From contig JBPOGF010000008.1 of assembly GCA_051251915.1 (NCBI GenBank), positions 96,306 to 160,305 of the forward strand: DNA of 64,000 bases, in the 5' to 3' direction. The translations under genes were made by a program, and so were the position numbers. Under the pieces are notes generated by a model that saw only the letters and a list, made by a program, of their open reading frames with translations, ran no database searches and was not told where the DNA came from. Shown here piece after piece: positions 52,103-61,970 of this stretch (the stretch's first letter is position 1; the number at the start of each line of letters is the position of its first letter). Source of the stretch: Akkermansiaceae bacterium (GTDB taxonomy: Bacteria > Verrucomicrobiota > Verrucomicrobiia > Verrucomicrobiales > Akkermansiaceae).

Positions 52103-54367
52103 ATGAACTTCAGCATCTCCAACCTCACCTTTTCACCCAGCACAGCTCTATTCATCATCGGAATCGTCGCCCTAGTGATCATCGGAGCCCTCTGCCTTAC
52201 CGCCTGGAAACGTGCATCCAGACCATACCGCACGGGCCTATTAGAAGGTCTCCGTTTCCTCATCACCCTCATCATCGTCCTCATGCTCTGGAAGCCTGAG
52301 TGGCGCACCATCACCTACCCAGAAGATAAACCAGAAATAGCCATTCTCTGGGATGGCTCAGAGTCCATGACCACCGAGGATGCCATCATGCCAACATGGC
52401 TCGATGCTAACCAAAACTTACCTGTAGTCACCCGACAAGAGTTCATCAAGCAAGCCCTCGGCGCAGAATTCTGGAAAAAACTCGAAGACGACGGTAAAGT
52501 AAACGTCTTCACCCAAGAATTCTCAGCCCTACCCGAGGAAATTTCCATCGAAGAAAAAGCCAAACTAGGCTCAGATCTCAACACCCCACTAAATCAACTC
52601 CTAGAAGAGCACGACAACCTCAAAGCCGTCATCCTCCTCTCAGATGGCGACCACAACCTCAACCGCAAAGACGGCAACATCAACTCCCCCACTAGCGCCG
52701 CCCAGCAGCTCCTCATCAGCAAAACCCCACTCTACACAGTCCCAGTAGGTGCCGCCAAAAGCCTCCCAGACCTAGAACTCATCAACCTCTCGGCACCAGA
52801 CTTCGGCATCGTCGGCGAATTCGTCCAGATCCCATTCTCCATCAAATCATCGATGGACAGAGACATCCGCACCACCATCACAGTCAAAGACGACAAAGGA
52901 ACATCACCCAAAACAAAAATCGTCACCATCCCAGCCAACAAAACCTACCGAGGCTCCATGCTCTGGCAGCTCAAGCAAGAAGGCTCCACCAAACTCAAAC
53001 TCTCATTCCCAGTCAACCAAGGCGAACTCATCGCCTCGAACAACGCCCAAGAATTCATCATCGGCGCAAAAAAAGAATCCATCAAGGCCCTCGTCATCGA
53101 GACCCGTCCACGCTGGGAATACCGCTTCATCAGAAATGCCCTCTCACGTGACCCAGGCGTCGATGTAGACTGCCTTCTCCTCCACCCTAAAAACGGCCTA
53201 GGCGACGGACCAGACTACATCCAGAGCTTCCCAGACAAACTAGAAGACCTCCAGAAATACGACGTCGTATTCCTCGGAGACGTCGGCATCGGCAAAGACC
53301 AGCTCACCCTAGAACAAGCCAACCTACTCGCTGGACTCGTCACAGAACAAGCCTCAGGTATCGTCTTCATCCCCGGACCACTTGGAAATCAGCTCACACT
53401 CAAAGGCTCAGACCTAGAACCCATCATCCCCATCATCTTTGATGAAACCAAGCCAAACGGACTCAGCGATGAAGTCCCCTCACCACTCAACCTCACCACC
53501 CCAGGCAAAACCTCACTCCTCACACTCCTCGGCGACAACGAAGCAGAAAACCCCAAGATCTGGAGAAACCTCCCCGGCTTCTACTGGTGCGCAGCCGTCA
53601 AGAAAACCAAAGCAGGCGCCACCGTCCTCGCCACCCACGCCAACCGCAAAAACAGCTACGGCTCCATCCCCATGCTCGTCACCAAACAAGCAGGAAGCGG
53701 CAAAGCACTCTTCCTCGGCCACGACTCAGCATGGCGCTGGAGACGCGGCGTAGAAGACCTCTACCACTTCAGATTCTGGAAAAACGTAGCCCGCTGGATG
53801 TCCTACCAGCGTAACATGGCTGCAGGCGAGAGACTCCGCCTCTACCGCACCCCAGACAGACCAAAACCAGGCGACCTCGTCAGCCTAAGCGTCAACGCAT
53901 TCGACCCCAACGGTGTCCCACTCCGCGAAGGAAACGTAGAAGTAGAAATCATCGCCCCAGACGGAGCATCCAAAACCATCATCCTAGACAAAAGCGAAGG
54001 CAGTTGGGGCGCATTCACTGGCGGATTTGACGTCAACCAGATCGGAGAATGGAAAGTCACTGCCGGCATCGAAGGAGACAAAACCGCCCAGACAGTATCC
54101 ACCTCCATCATCGCCCAAGGCCAACAAATCGAAAAAATCGGCAAACCTGTAAACACCGAGCTACTCCAAGAAATGTCCCGCATCACCAAAGGCCAGCTCA
54201 TCACCCCAGACCAGCTAAACCAGATCACCAACCTCATAGACACCCTTCCAGCCAAGTCACCCCTAGAATCACGCTACCCCATCTGGGCACACATCGCCCT
54301 CCTCATCACCCTCATCACCCTCCTAGCCATCTTCTGGACCGGACGTAAACTAAACGGCACATTTTAA
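52103..54367 (+). CDS. vWA plus glutamine-amidotransferase-like membrane protein (MoxR cluster partner)
   Basis: N-terminal TMs, DGSES MIDAS, LSDG, PRWEYRF, YDVVFLGDV, WRWR, C-terminal TM. Confidence 0.8.
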   Translation: MNFSISNLTFSPSTALFIIGIVALVIIGALCLTAWKRASRPYRTGLLEGLRFLITLIIVLMLWKPEWRTITYPEDKPEIAILWDGSESMTTEDAIMPTWLDANQNLPVVTRQEFIKQALGAEFWKKLEDDGKVNVFTQEFSALPEEISIEEKAKLGSDLNTPLNQLLEEHDNLKAVILLSDGDHNLNRKDGNINSPTSAAQQLLISKTPLYTVPVGAAKSLPDLELINLSAPDFGIVGEFVQIPFSIKSSMDRDIRTTITVKDDKGTSPKTKIVTIPANKTYRGSMLWQLKQEGSTKLKLSFPVNQGELIASNNAQEFIIGAKKESIKALVIETRPRWEYRFIRNALSRDPGVDVDCLLLHPKNGLGDGPDYIQSFPDKLEDLQKYDVVFLGDVGIGKDQLTLEQANLLAGLVTEQASGIVFIPGPLGNQLTLKGSDLEPIIPIIFDETKPNGLSDEVPSPLNLTTPGKTSLLTLLGDNEAENPKIWRNLPGFYWCAAVKKTKAGATVLATHANRKNSYGSIPMLVTKQAGSGKALFLGHDSAWRWRRGVEDLYHFRFWKNVARWMSYQRNMAAGERLRLYRTPDRPKPGDLVSLSVNAFDPNGVPLREGNVEVEIIAPDGASKTIILDKSEGSWGAFTGGFDVNQIGEWKVTAGIEGDKTAQTVSTSIIAQGQQIEKIGKPVNTELLQEMSRITKGQLITPDQLNQITNLIDTLPAKSPLESRYPIWAHIALLITLITLLAIFWTGRKLNGTF

Positions 54368-54424
54368 GAAGCTACTTAAGTATTTCTAGAAGAAAACTCA
54401 GCGTTCAACCACGTTGGAATATCT

Positions 54425-55201
54425 CTAATCGCGCGGACACCCAGTAAACATCTGTATCTTCTGCTGTCCCTTCAATATCAACTCAGATGTCCACAAAAAC
54501 TCATTTTTAGGATCAACTGACTTTGCTATCTGCTCCAGCTCTTCGTTACTATACGTCCTGAATACCGATACCACACCATCCCAAAAAACAACAAAAGGAA
54601 CAACCGGTATAAGATAAGTAAAGACAAGCCGCCAAATACTAATCGGACGGATAAAAGGCGTAAGCAATAAAACCGCAATCGGAGACAATGAAAACCTAAC
54701 AACATGTTCAATATCTCTCCGCTGCGCTTCAAATATCGCAATCGGAGCTCCCGATTCCACCGCATTCTTAAAAATTTGCTCAACCTCCTTTGGCTTAAAA
54801 TGATGTAAACTCAAGAACATCGTGCGGATTCCCTCCAGGTCTTGAGGTACTTCAACCGCATCAATTGATCGTAAATCGATCTCCGCCACATCAGCAAATT
54901 GCTCACCAATGTCTTTTAGAGCTTCTTCATTTGGAAATTTATCAGTAAGCGTCAATCTTACATTCTTATTCTCCTCTAATATTTGGGGTAGCAGCGTCCT
55001 CCACTGACCACCCGCTCCAGTGGCCATATCCACGATATTAGAAAACTTACTTTGCTCCATCAGAGCGATCAACTGCGGAACGACAGGATCAAACATTCCA
55101 AACTTTTCTGAAACCGTTCGCAGAAAGTCAGTCACATAGTTTCGCAAGTTAGCTGGAAACCAGACCAAATCTTCAAATTCAAATAAGTGAAATCGTTTCA
55201 T
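54425..55201 (-). CDS. Class I SAM-dependent methyltransferase-like protein
   Basis: MKRFHLFEFED..WFP, DMATGAGG, LTDKFPN, SLHHF, WDGVVS..RTY; likely start 55201. Confidence 0.75.
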   Translation of the reverse strand: MKRFHLFEFEDLVWFPANLRNYVTDFLRTVSEKFGMFDPVVPQLIALMEQSKFSNIVDMATGAGGQWRTLLPQILEENKNVRLTLTDKFPNEEALKDIGEQFADVAEIDLRSIDAVEVPQDLEGIRTMFLSLHHFKPKEVEQIFKNAVESGAPIAIFEAQRRDIEHVVRFSLSPIAVLLLTPFIRPISIWRLVFTYLIPVVPFVVFWDGVVSVFRTYSNEELEQIAKSVDPKNEFLWTSELILKGQQKIQMFTGCPRD

Positions 55202-55503
55202 TATATTATAATACCAAGTAGTGAAAAAAATGAGACAAATGGCGGAGTGATTTTCCTTTCTACTAAGGCGTGACACAGAAGTGATTTGAACTTCATGACT
55301 GAGCAACACACCCCTTTTAGATAGTAAAAGTGCCCCCCTCTAAATGTGAAACACTCTCTAAAATACCTCTAAAAAACCATTTGTCTTATTTGGTTTACAC
55401 AATGTGTGATAATAGAACGTTTAAAATTAGTCAATATCCGATGTGAATATATCTGATAACTAGAACAATAGAACTAATTCACATAAACTAGTACAATTTG
55501 AAT

Positions 55504-55601
55504 ATTTATAGTGGCTCAAGATAGTGAGAGGAGCAAGGCGGGAGGAAGACGCATAGTGGGCTACGTAACTGACGACTAACGCGGCTAATCTCGCTATAAA
55601 T
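55504..55601. repeat. Miniature palindromic element (ERIC/Correia/RPE-like)
   Basis: TATAG termini, ATAGTGAGA...TCTCGCTAT arms, internal AGCAAGGCG...AACGCGGCT motif pair, central ACG..TAG-TGGG-CTA-CGT hairpin; only one copy seen. Confidence 0.5.
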
Positions 55602-55639
55602 AAAAAGATCCGTATGATCTTACTGACCAAACGGATCTT
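55602..55639 (-). terminator. Rho-independent terminator of ftsH
   Basis: Minus strand AAGATCCGT...ACGGATCTT stem followed by T run. Confidence 0.75.
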
Positions 55640-55664
55640 AAAATAATTAGTCTCTTACTTCTTA

Positions 55665-58094
55665 CTAAGCCGGAGCACCCACAACCTCACCATCAAGTGG
55701 GTCATCGTCCTTCTTATCAGCAATAGCTCCTCCACTAGAAACAGGATCTGGAGGCATCGGTGTCGGTGGATCCGGAGGCGTTGGCATGTGCGGAGGATTA
55801 CTCATCACTCCTTTGTAGAGAAGTTCCTCAGTCTGCTTACCATCAAGAGTCTCATACTCAAGAAGTGCCTCAGAAATAAGGTTCAGCGCATCACGATGCT
55901 CAACTAGGAGGTCTTTCGCACGATTATATGCGCTTTCAATCAAATCCCTAATCTCAACATCAATCAACTGCGCAGTCTCTTCTGAATAAGTCTTACCTTT
56001 TCCAGCCATAAACATCTCGCCACCTGACTCGTCGCCACCGTATTCTACCATCCCCAGCTTGTCGCTCATACCCCACTCACACACCATCTTACGGGCAATG
56101 CTAGTGGCTTGACGAATATCGCCTACAGCACCGTTAGTCACGTTACCAAATTTCAACTCCTCAGCAACTCTACCGCCCATAGCGACACAGAGTTGATCAA
56201 TGAGCTCACCTCGACGATAAGTGTATTTATCTTCTTCAGGCAAGAACATCGTAACCCCAAGAGCTGGTCCACGTGGAATTATAGTCACCTTATGAAGCGG
56301 ATCCGTATGCTCACAAATAATATTAAGAATCGCATGTCCAGCCTCATGATAAGCAGTATTTTCCTTCTCCTTATCACTCAGAGCTAGTGAGCGACGCTCA
56401 CGTCCCCAGCGGACTTTATCACGCGCTTCCTCAAGTTCTGGCTGCCTGATATCTTTCTTACCAGTCCTTGCTGCAAGTAGCGCAGCTTCGTTAAGAAGGT
56501 TAGCAAGCTCAGCACCAGAGAACCCTGGAGTTCCTCTAGCGATGACCCCTAGATCCACATCTTTATGAATCTTCACTTTCTTAGCATGCACTGCGAGAAT
56601 CTGCTCACGGCCATTCACATCTGGTAAATTCACTCTTACCTGACGGTCAAAACGTCCAGGTCTCAGAAGCGCAGGATCAAGAACATCCGGGCGGTTAGTT
56701 GCAGCAATGATGATAACACCTGAACGAGCATCAAATCCATCCATCTCCACGAGAAGTGCATTCAATGTCTGCTCACGCTCATCATGTCCGCCGCCCATGC
56801 CTTGTCCACGGTGACGACCCACTGCATCAATCTCATCAATGAAAATGATACACGGTGAGTTTTTCTTACCCTGCTCGAACATGTCACGAACTCGACTAGC
56901 TCCAACCCCTACAAACATTTCAACAAAGTCAGAACCAGAGATTGAGAAGAACGGCACTTCAGCCTCACCCGCAATAGCTCGCGCAAGAAGCGTCTTACCA
57001 GTTCCAGGTGAACCAATCATGAGAACACCCTTAGGAATATTACCACCGAGCATTTCAAATTTCTTAGGATCGCGAAGGAAATCCACAATCTCAAATAATT
57101 CTTCCTTAGCTTCCTGAATACCAGCTACATCCTTAAACGTAACCTTATTCTTATCCTGGTTCAGCATCTTCGCCTTGCTCTTACCAAAGCTCATTGCGCC
57201 CTTACCTGCATTCTTCATTTGGCTACGGAATAAGAAGAACAGTAGGAATACGATCAGCAAGATAGGAAGAAGATTCCACAACAGCATCTTCATCGTGCCT
57301 GAGTTTCTCTCCTCCTTGAACTTAGTATTGAAAATCACATTTCTATCGTGATCACTGAGTACATTGTAGTTCACCATACAAGTAAACGGCTTCCAGATAG
57401 GAGAAGCCTCTGTGAGTTGTGGTGTCACTACCATGTCTCCCTCGAAAACAGCATCACTACCAGAGGTAAGTTTTTGCAATGTCATACGGTTCTCACCTTT
57501 AAGAACTATTTTGTCCTCTTTAAGCAAGTGCTGGAGTTTCTTAATCGTAATCAACTCAGTATTCCCCCCTTGAAGAGGAAGTTCTCTAACTTGCTCCATC
57601 GCCACATCATAATCAGTCTGGACAGAGTTAATGAAATCACTGTGCGCCTGAGTGTTTAGAAGCACCGCAAATGGCTTCTCCTCAGGTTTTTTAGTCGTAT
57701 CATCGTATTGTTGCACATCTCGCTTTCCTACGAACTGACTCTGAAACGCACTCTCATTGGTGATCTGAGTAAGATAATCATCCGGTCTGAGCTTTTGCTC
57801 AGTTAAGTATTCACCGACTGCCTGATTGTCTTTTAAATCACCCTCGTATCCTTCAAAAGGATCAATGAGAACCTTCTCATTTTCGAGTAGATTGACAAAT
57901 TCTGACACGCCTATCTCCTTAGCTTTATCGCTCTCACTATTGAAGTTATAAGCCATGTAGATAATTCCCATACCAATAAGTAGCATGAATATAACTCTCC
58001 AGTTGGTTCCTGGCTTAACAGGTTTTCCATCTGGGCCTAGTGGACCTTGGCCTTTTGGCGTGGGTGGTGGTTCTGGTGGACGTTGGTTTGCCAT
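55665..58094 (-). CDS. ftsH: ATP-dependent zinc metalloprotease FtsH
   Basis: Two TMs, [54 protein letters not shown]; likely start MANQRPP at 58094. Confidence 0.96.
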   Translation of the reverse strand: MANQRPPEPPPTPKGQGPLGPDGKPVKPGTNWRVIFMLLIGMGIIYMAYNFNSESDKAKEIGVSEFVNLLENEKVLIDPFEGYEGDLKDNQAVGEYLTEQKLRPDDYLTQITNESAFQSQFVGKRDVQQYDDTTKKPEEKPFAVLLNTQAHSDFINSVQTDYDVAMEQVRELPLQGGNTELITIKKLQHLLKEDKIVLKGENRMTLQKLTSGSDAVFEGDMVVTPQLTEASPIWKPFTCMVNYNVLSDHDRNVIFNTKFKEERNSGTMKMLLWNLLPILLIVFLLFFLFRSQMKNAGKGAMSFGKSKAKMLNQDKNKVTFKDVAGIQEAKEELFEIVDFLRDPKKFEMLGGNIPKGVLMIGSPGTGKTLLARAIAGEAEVPFFSISGSDFVEMFVGVGASRVRDMFEQGKKNSPCIIFIDEIDAVGRHRGQGMGGGHDEREQTLNALLVEMDGFDARSGVIIIAATNRPDVLDPALLRPGRFDRQVRVNLPDVNGREQILAVHAKKVKIHKDVDLGVIARGTPGFSGAELANLLNEAALLAARTGKKDIRQPELEEARDKVRWGRERRSLALSDKEKENTAYHEAGHAILNIICEHTDPLHKVTIIPRGPALGVTMFLPEEDKYTYRRGELIDQLCVAMGGRVAEELKFGNVTNGAVGDIRQATSIARKMVCEWGMSDKLGMVEYGGDESGGEMFMAGKGKTYSEETAQLIDVEIRDLIESAYNRAKDLLVEHRDALNLISEALLEYETLDGKQTEELLYKGVMSNPPHMPTPPDPPTPMPPDPVSSGGAIADKKDDDPLDGEVVGAPA

Positions 58095-58324
58095 AATGTA
58101 TTTGTAAATTTTTAGTATCGTATGAAACGAAAATAATAAGCTCGAAAAGGCTGTGTTTTCAAGTGAATTCATTCACCGTCAATGCTCAATTCCTGCTCAG
58201 TTCTGGGCAGACCGTATCGCCAAAGATGAAAAAGAAAACCATTTTTTCGTATGATTTTGAAATATTTACCTTTTTCCTCTCTGGTGACTTGCACTCTCAC
58301 GCCTAGCCATTCAGTATCTTCTTA

Positions 58325-61300
58325 GTGGAATCTCACACCGTATCTAAAAACCGCAAGTCCAGATTACAGCTTTTTCAGCCTACTTCTATGCTGCGACGCT
58401 GGCTCTCCCCTACGCCCAAGTCCATCGAACACGTTGGAACTCTGGTCGATGTCTTCGCATCATTTGTCGCGCTAGATGGCTCAGTCGATGCCGCTGAAGC
58501 AGAAGTTGCTCTAGATCTTCTTCGCCATGCCTACCCCGAAGCCGACCACGGCTGGCTCGCTCGTAGACTCCAGCGCGCGTTCCGCAGCCCATCATCCACC
58601 CGAGCACTCGCTGATCAGATCACTCAGTCCATGGATGCCAAGTCCATCACCTCGCTCGGTCTCCAGCTTTACCTTCTGGTTGATTCCTCCACTAGCAAAA
58701 ACCGCGGCCAGCAAGCTTTCATGGATCTCCTTATCCTCATCGGCAAGGCAGATCTCGGGATGGTCATCTGTGATGAAATGAATGACCGCTACCACGCGGA
58801 CGACCTCCTCCCATTCACCCGCGTCATCTTCTCCAGAAACGAAGATGCAGATGTAGTCGTCCCCCCGCAAGCCGCCCATCACGCATTCCGCCTCTACAGA
58901 AATGACCAGATAGTCATACTCAGAAACACCGGTGAGCACACACTCTGGGTCGGTGGCACCGCCATTCTTTCCGGCCAAATCCTCAGACTCAGATCCCACC
59001 AAAGACTCAGTATGCCAGAGTGGACACTCTCGGCAGACGACCTCAACTTTTTCCTCACATGTAAACAACAGTACGAATCCAGAACTCTCTTTATCCACGA
59101 AACCAGTCAAGGTCTCATCGCAGAGCGGAGCAGGTCGAGGCAGAGTGCGATGATACTGAAATTTGACACCAAGGTAATCCTCAGCATCATACGCCCATCA
59201 GACATCACCGTAGAAGGACACCCCTCCACAGCAGGTGTCATCCCTACAGAACTGTTCTTACACCAAAACCTAGTCCTATCAGACGGAAAAAAAGCCAGCC
59301 TTGAGCACCTCCGAAAACAAGCGATGGAAGCTGGTGGTAGATTCAAGTTAGACCAAAACGAACAAACCGTAATGGCGTCTAACGACCCCACGGTTCTAAA
59401 AAAAGGCGACTTGCTACTATCTCCAGGCCTTGCCGGCAAAGTTGTGTTGAAAATCCAATTCAACCCCAAAACCTCAATCGGCCAGCTCGAAATCATCGAA
59501 GCTGAACGAGGTATCTTTGTAAAACAACAGCTCATCAGACAAAACTGCGAACTAAACGACGGAGTCCTCATCCGCCTCAGCGCCAGCCAAGGAATCCGCT
59601 GCCGCTTCACAGATGGATTCATCGATGAAGAACGCACCGTCATCCGCGAACTCAGACTAGACGGTGTCTCACATGAATTCAACGAAGGTGAAACAGCACT
59701 AGACAACATTGACCTCAGCGTATCCAGAGGAGAAATGCTCTGCATCATCGGCCCCAGTGGCTGTGGTAAATCCACCCTCCTCAGCTCCGTTGCCGGACAG
59801 CTCAAGCCCACCCGCGGACACATCCGACTCAATGGAATATCCCTCTACATCCACCGCGAACGGCTAGCCCCCTTCATCACCTACATGCCCCAGGAGGAAG
59901 CTCTAAATGCAAATCTGACTGTCCGCGAACACCTAGACCACGCATGCTCCATCCGCCGCCCCCAAATCTCACGCCGTGAACAATCCAAGCGCATCGACGG
60001 CATCCTCGCCGAACTAGCACTCCAACCACTAGCCCACCGAAAAGTAGGCTCCCCAGGTGATAAAAGCATCAGTGGCGGTGAGCGAGGCAGACTAAACCTC
60101 GGACTCGATCTCGGCTCCGCAGCAGAAATTTTACTATTCGATGAACCCATCTCCGGCCTCTCATCAAAAGACTCAGAACACGTCGCCGAAACACTCAAAA
60201 GCACAGCCCAAGACAAAATCGTCATCGCTTCACTCCACCGTCCAGGCTCCAGCGTCCTCAGCCTATTCGATAAAGTCCTCCTCCTAGACAAAGGCGGTCG
60301 CATCGCATTTTTCGGCACCTCCAGCGAAATGTTTGAGTATTTCAAGCACGCCTGCCTAGAACTACAAATCCCCATCAGAAGACGTCACAACCTCGAGCAA
60401 GACAGCGCCGCTGACTTCGTCTTCGATGTCCTAGAAACCCCCTTACACAACCTCACCCAGTCTAATAACACCGACTACGCCAGACGCTTCCCACCTAGAT
60501 TCTGGCAAGAACGTTTCGAAAGCCACCGCCTACTAGAAAGCGTCGCCAGCGGAGAACTCCCCGCCCAGACACAGATAGGAGAAGCACCCCGTGCTGATGA
60601 CAACATGCCCATCCCTATCAGTAGAAAGCGTACCTTGAAGGATCACGTTATCCTCTTTCACACCCACATGCGCCGCTCTGTTCTATCTAAATTTAGAAAC
60701 AAAGGCACACTCTATTCCACTATCCTAGAAGCCCCCCTATTAGCATTCCTCATAGGTCTCACCCTCCGCGCATCAGATGAAGGTAGTTACGAATTTGGAG
60801 CATCCACGAACCTCATCGAGTATCTCTTCCTCTCCGTCACCGTCGGCATGTTCCTCGGTCTAACAAACAGCGCCACAGAGATACTCAGAGACAAACCCGT
60901 CCTCCGCCGCGAGAGAAACCACCGCTACGGAACCGGCATCTACGTCATCGCTAAATTCAAAACCTTATCTCTACTAGCCATCCTTCAGGCCGGAATTTAC
61001 ATCGCCATCGGAAACTACATGTTAGAGATCGAAGGCATGTTCCTCTACCACTGGTTCTGGATGAGCCTCACAGCCATCGTCGGCACCGCTATGGCTCTAC
61101 TCATCTCCTCCATCGTTAGCACCGAGCGAGCCGCACTCAGCGCAGTCCCCTTACTCCTCGTACCCCAGCTACTCCTAGCTGGAGCATTAGTGAAATTTGA
61201 AGACATGAACAGAGGACTCTTCCAAGGCGGAGAACAAGCCAGAGAAGAAGGAGCCGAGCCATTCCCCTCCAAACTCATGCCTCTACGCTACGCATTCGAA

Positions 61301-61882
61301 GGCATCATCATCACCCAAGGCTCCAGAAATTGGTACACCAGAAATACCAACATGCTCTTCTATCACAGAGACAAGCTAAAGGACCAAATAGATCCAGACA
61401 CCGGAGAGTCAGACCTAACATCAGACCAGGAAGAACGTCTAAAAATACTCACTCTCGCCATCCAGAGAGCAGATGCCGCCGAAGCTCCTGACAGAAACTC
61501 AGCAAAAACACTCATCAGAAAAATAGTCCACACAGGCATCAACGGCACCATGCCAGAACTAGAAGATCTCCCCGTCAGAGATGAAGAGAACATCTACCCC
61601 GCCTGCCAATCCTACTTCAAAAATGAAAAACTAGGAAACGTCACCAAAATCACCAACTCCACCCGCGCCAGCAACGCCCTCAAACGCGATGAAGACAACC
61701 TAGAAGACGGCCAAGAAAGTATCGCAGAAACTAACTCCGTATTCCTAGACGAATGGAAATTCTGGTTCGGCAAACAAGTCAGCACCCTCAAATGGTGTCT
61801 CTCCATCCTCCTCGTCATCACCTCCACTTGCCTCATCCTCTCCATTCTGATCATCACCAAGTGGAATAGAAAAGTAAGTTAA
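58325..61882 (+). CDS. ABCG/ABC-2-type transporter with N-terminal TerB-like and FHA-like domains
   Basis: FVALDGSVDAAE (TerB-like), two beta-rich FHA-like segments, GPSGCGKS, ISGGERGR, LFDEP, SLHRP, ABC-2 membrane domain (EILRDKPVLRRER); GTG start uncertain. Confidence 0.75.
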   Translation: MESHTVSKNRKSRLQLFQPTSMLRRWLSPTPKSIEHVGTLVDVFASFVALDGSVDAAEAEVALDLLRHAYPEADHGWLARRLQRAFRSPSSTRALADQITQSMDAKSITSLGLQLYLLVDSSTSKNRGQQAFMDLLILIGKADLGMVICDEMNDRYHADDLLPFTRVIFSRNEDADVVVPPQAAHHAFRLYRNDQIVILRNTGEHTLWVGGTAILSGQILRLRSHQRLSMPEWTLSADDLNFFLTCKQQYESRTLFIHETSQGLIAERSRSRQSAMILKFDTKVILSIIRPSDITVEGHPSTAGVIPTELFLHQNLVLSDGKKASLEHLRKQAMEAGGRFKLDQNEQTVMASNDPTVLKKGDLLLSPGLAGKVVLKIQFNPKTSIGQLEIIEAERGIFVKQQLIRQNCELNDGVLIRLSASQGIRCRFTDGFIDEERTVIRELRLDGVSHEFNEGETALDNIDLSVSRGEMLCIIGPSGCGKSTLLSSVAGQLKPTRGHIRLNGISLYIHRERLAPFITYMPQEEALNANLTVREHLDHACSIRRPQISRREQSKRIDGILAELALQPLAHRKVGSPGDKSISGGERGRLNLGLDLGSAAEILLFDEPISGLSSKDSEHVAETLKSTAQDKIVIASLHRPGSSVLSLFDKVLLLDKGGRIAFFGTSSEMFEYFKHACLELQIPIRRRHNLEQDSAADFVFDVLETPLHNLTQSNNTDYARRFPPRFWQERFESHRLLESVASGELPAQTQIGEAPRADDNMPIPISRKRTLKDHVILFHTHMRRSVLSKFRNKGTLYSTILEAPLLAFLIGLTLRASDEGSYEFGASTNLIEYLFLSVTVGMFLGLTNSATEILRDKPVLRRERNHRYGTGIYVIAKFKTLSLLAILQAGIYIAIGNYMLEIEGMFLYHWFWMSLTAIVGTAMALLISSIVSTERAALSAVPLLLVPQLLLAGALVKFEDMNRGLFQGGEQAREEGAEPFPSKLMPLRYAFEGIIITQGSRNWYTRNTNMLFYHRDKLKDQIDPDTGESDLTSDQEERLKILTLAIQRADAAEAPDRNSAKTLIRKIVHTGINGTMPELEDLPVRDEENIYPACQSYFKNEKLGNVTKITNSTRASNALKRDEDNLEDGQESIAETNSVFLDEWKFWFGKQVSTLKWCLSILLVITSTCLILSILIITKWNRKVS

Positions 61883-61970
61883 ACCAGTATCGCAGCTCAT
61901 CATTGCTATGCTTAACACTCATATTTCAAATTAATAATCAGATAGTTAATGTTGTCACACACATCATTTA

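Noticed and set aside
54298..54323. Short CCTCATCAC tandem repeat
   Set aside because: Encodes LITLITLL in a TM helix; a by-product of codon bias
58095..58172. ORF-track extension of FtsH (likewise 55202-55309 for the methyltransferase and 40271-40300 for msbA)
   Set aside because: Intergenic-like sequence; family-like sequence starts at the downstream ATG
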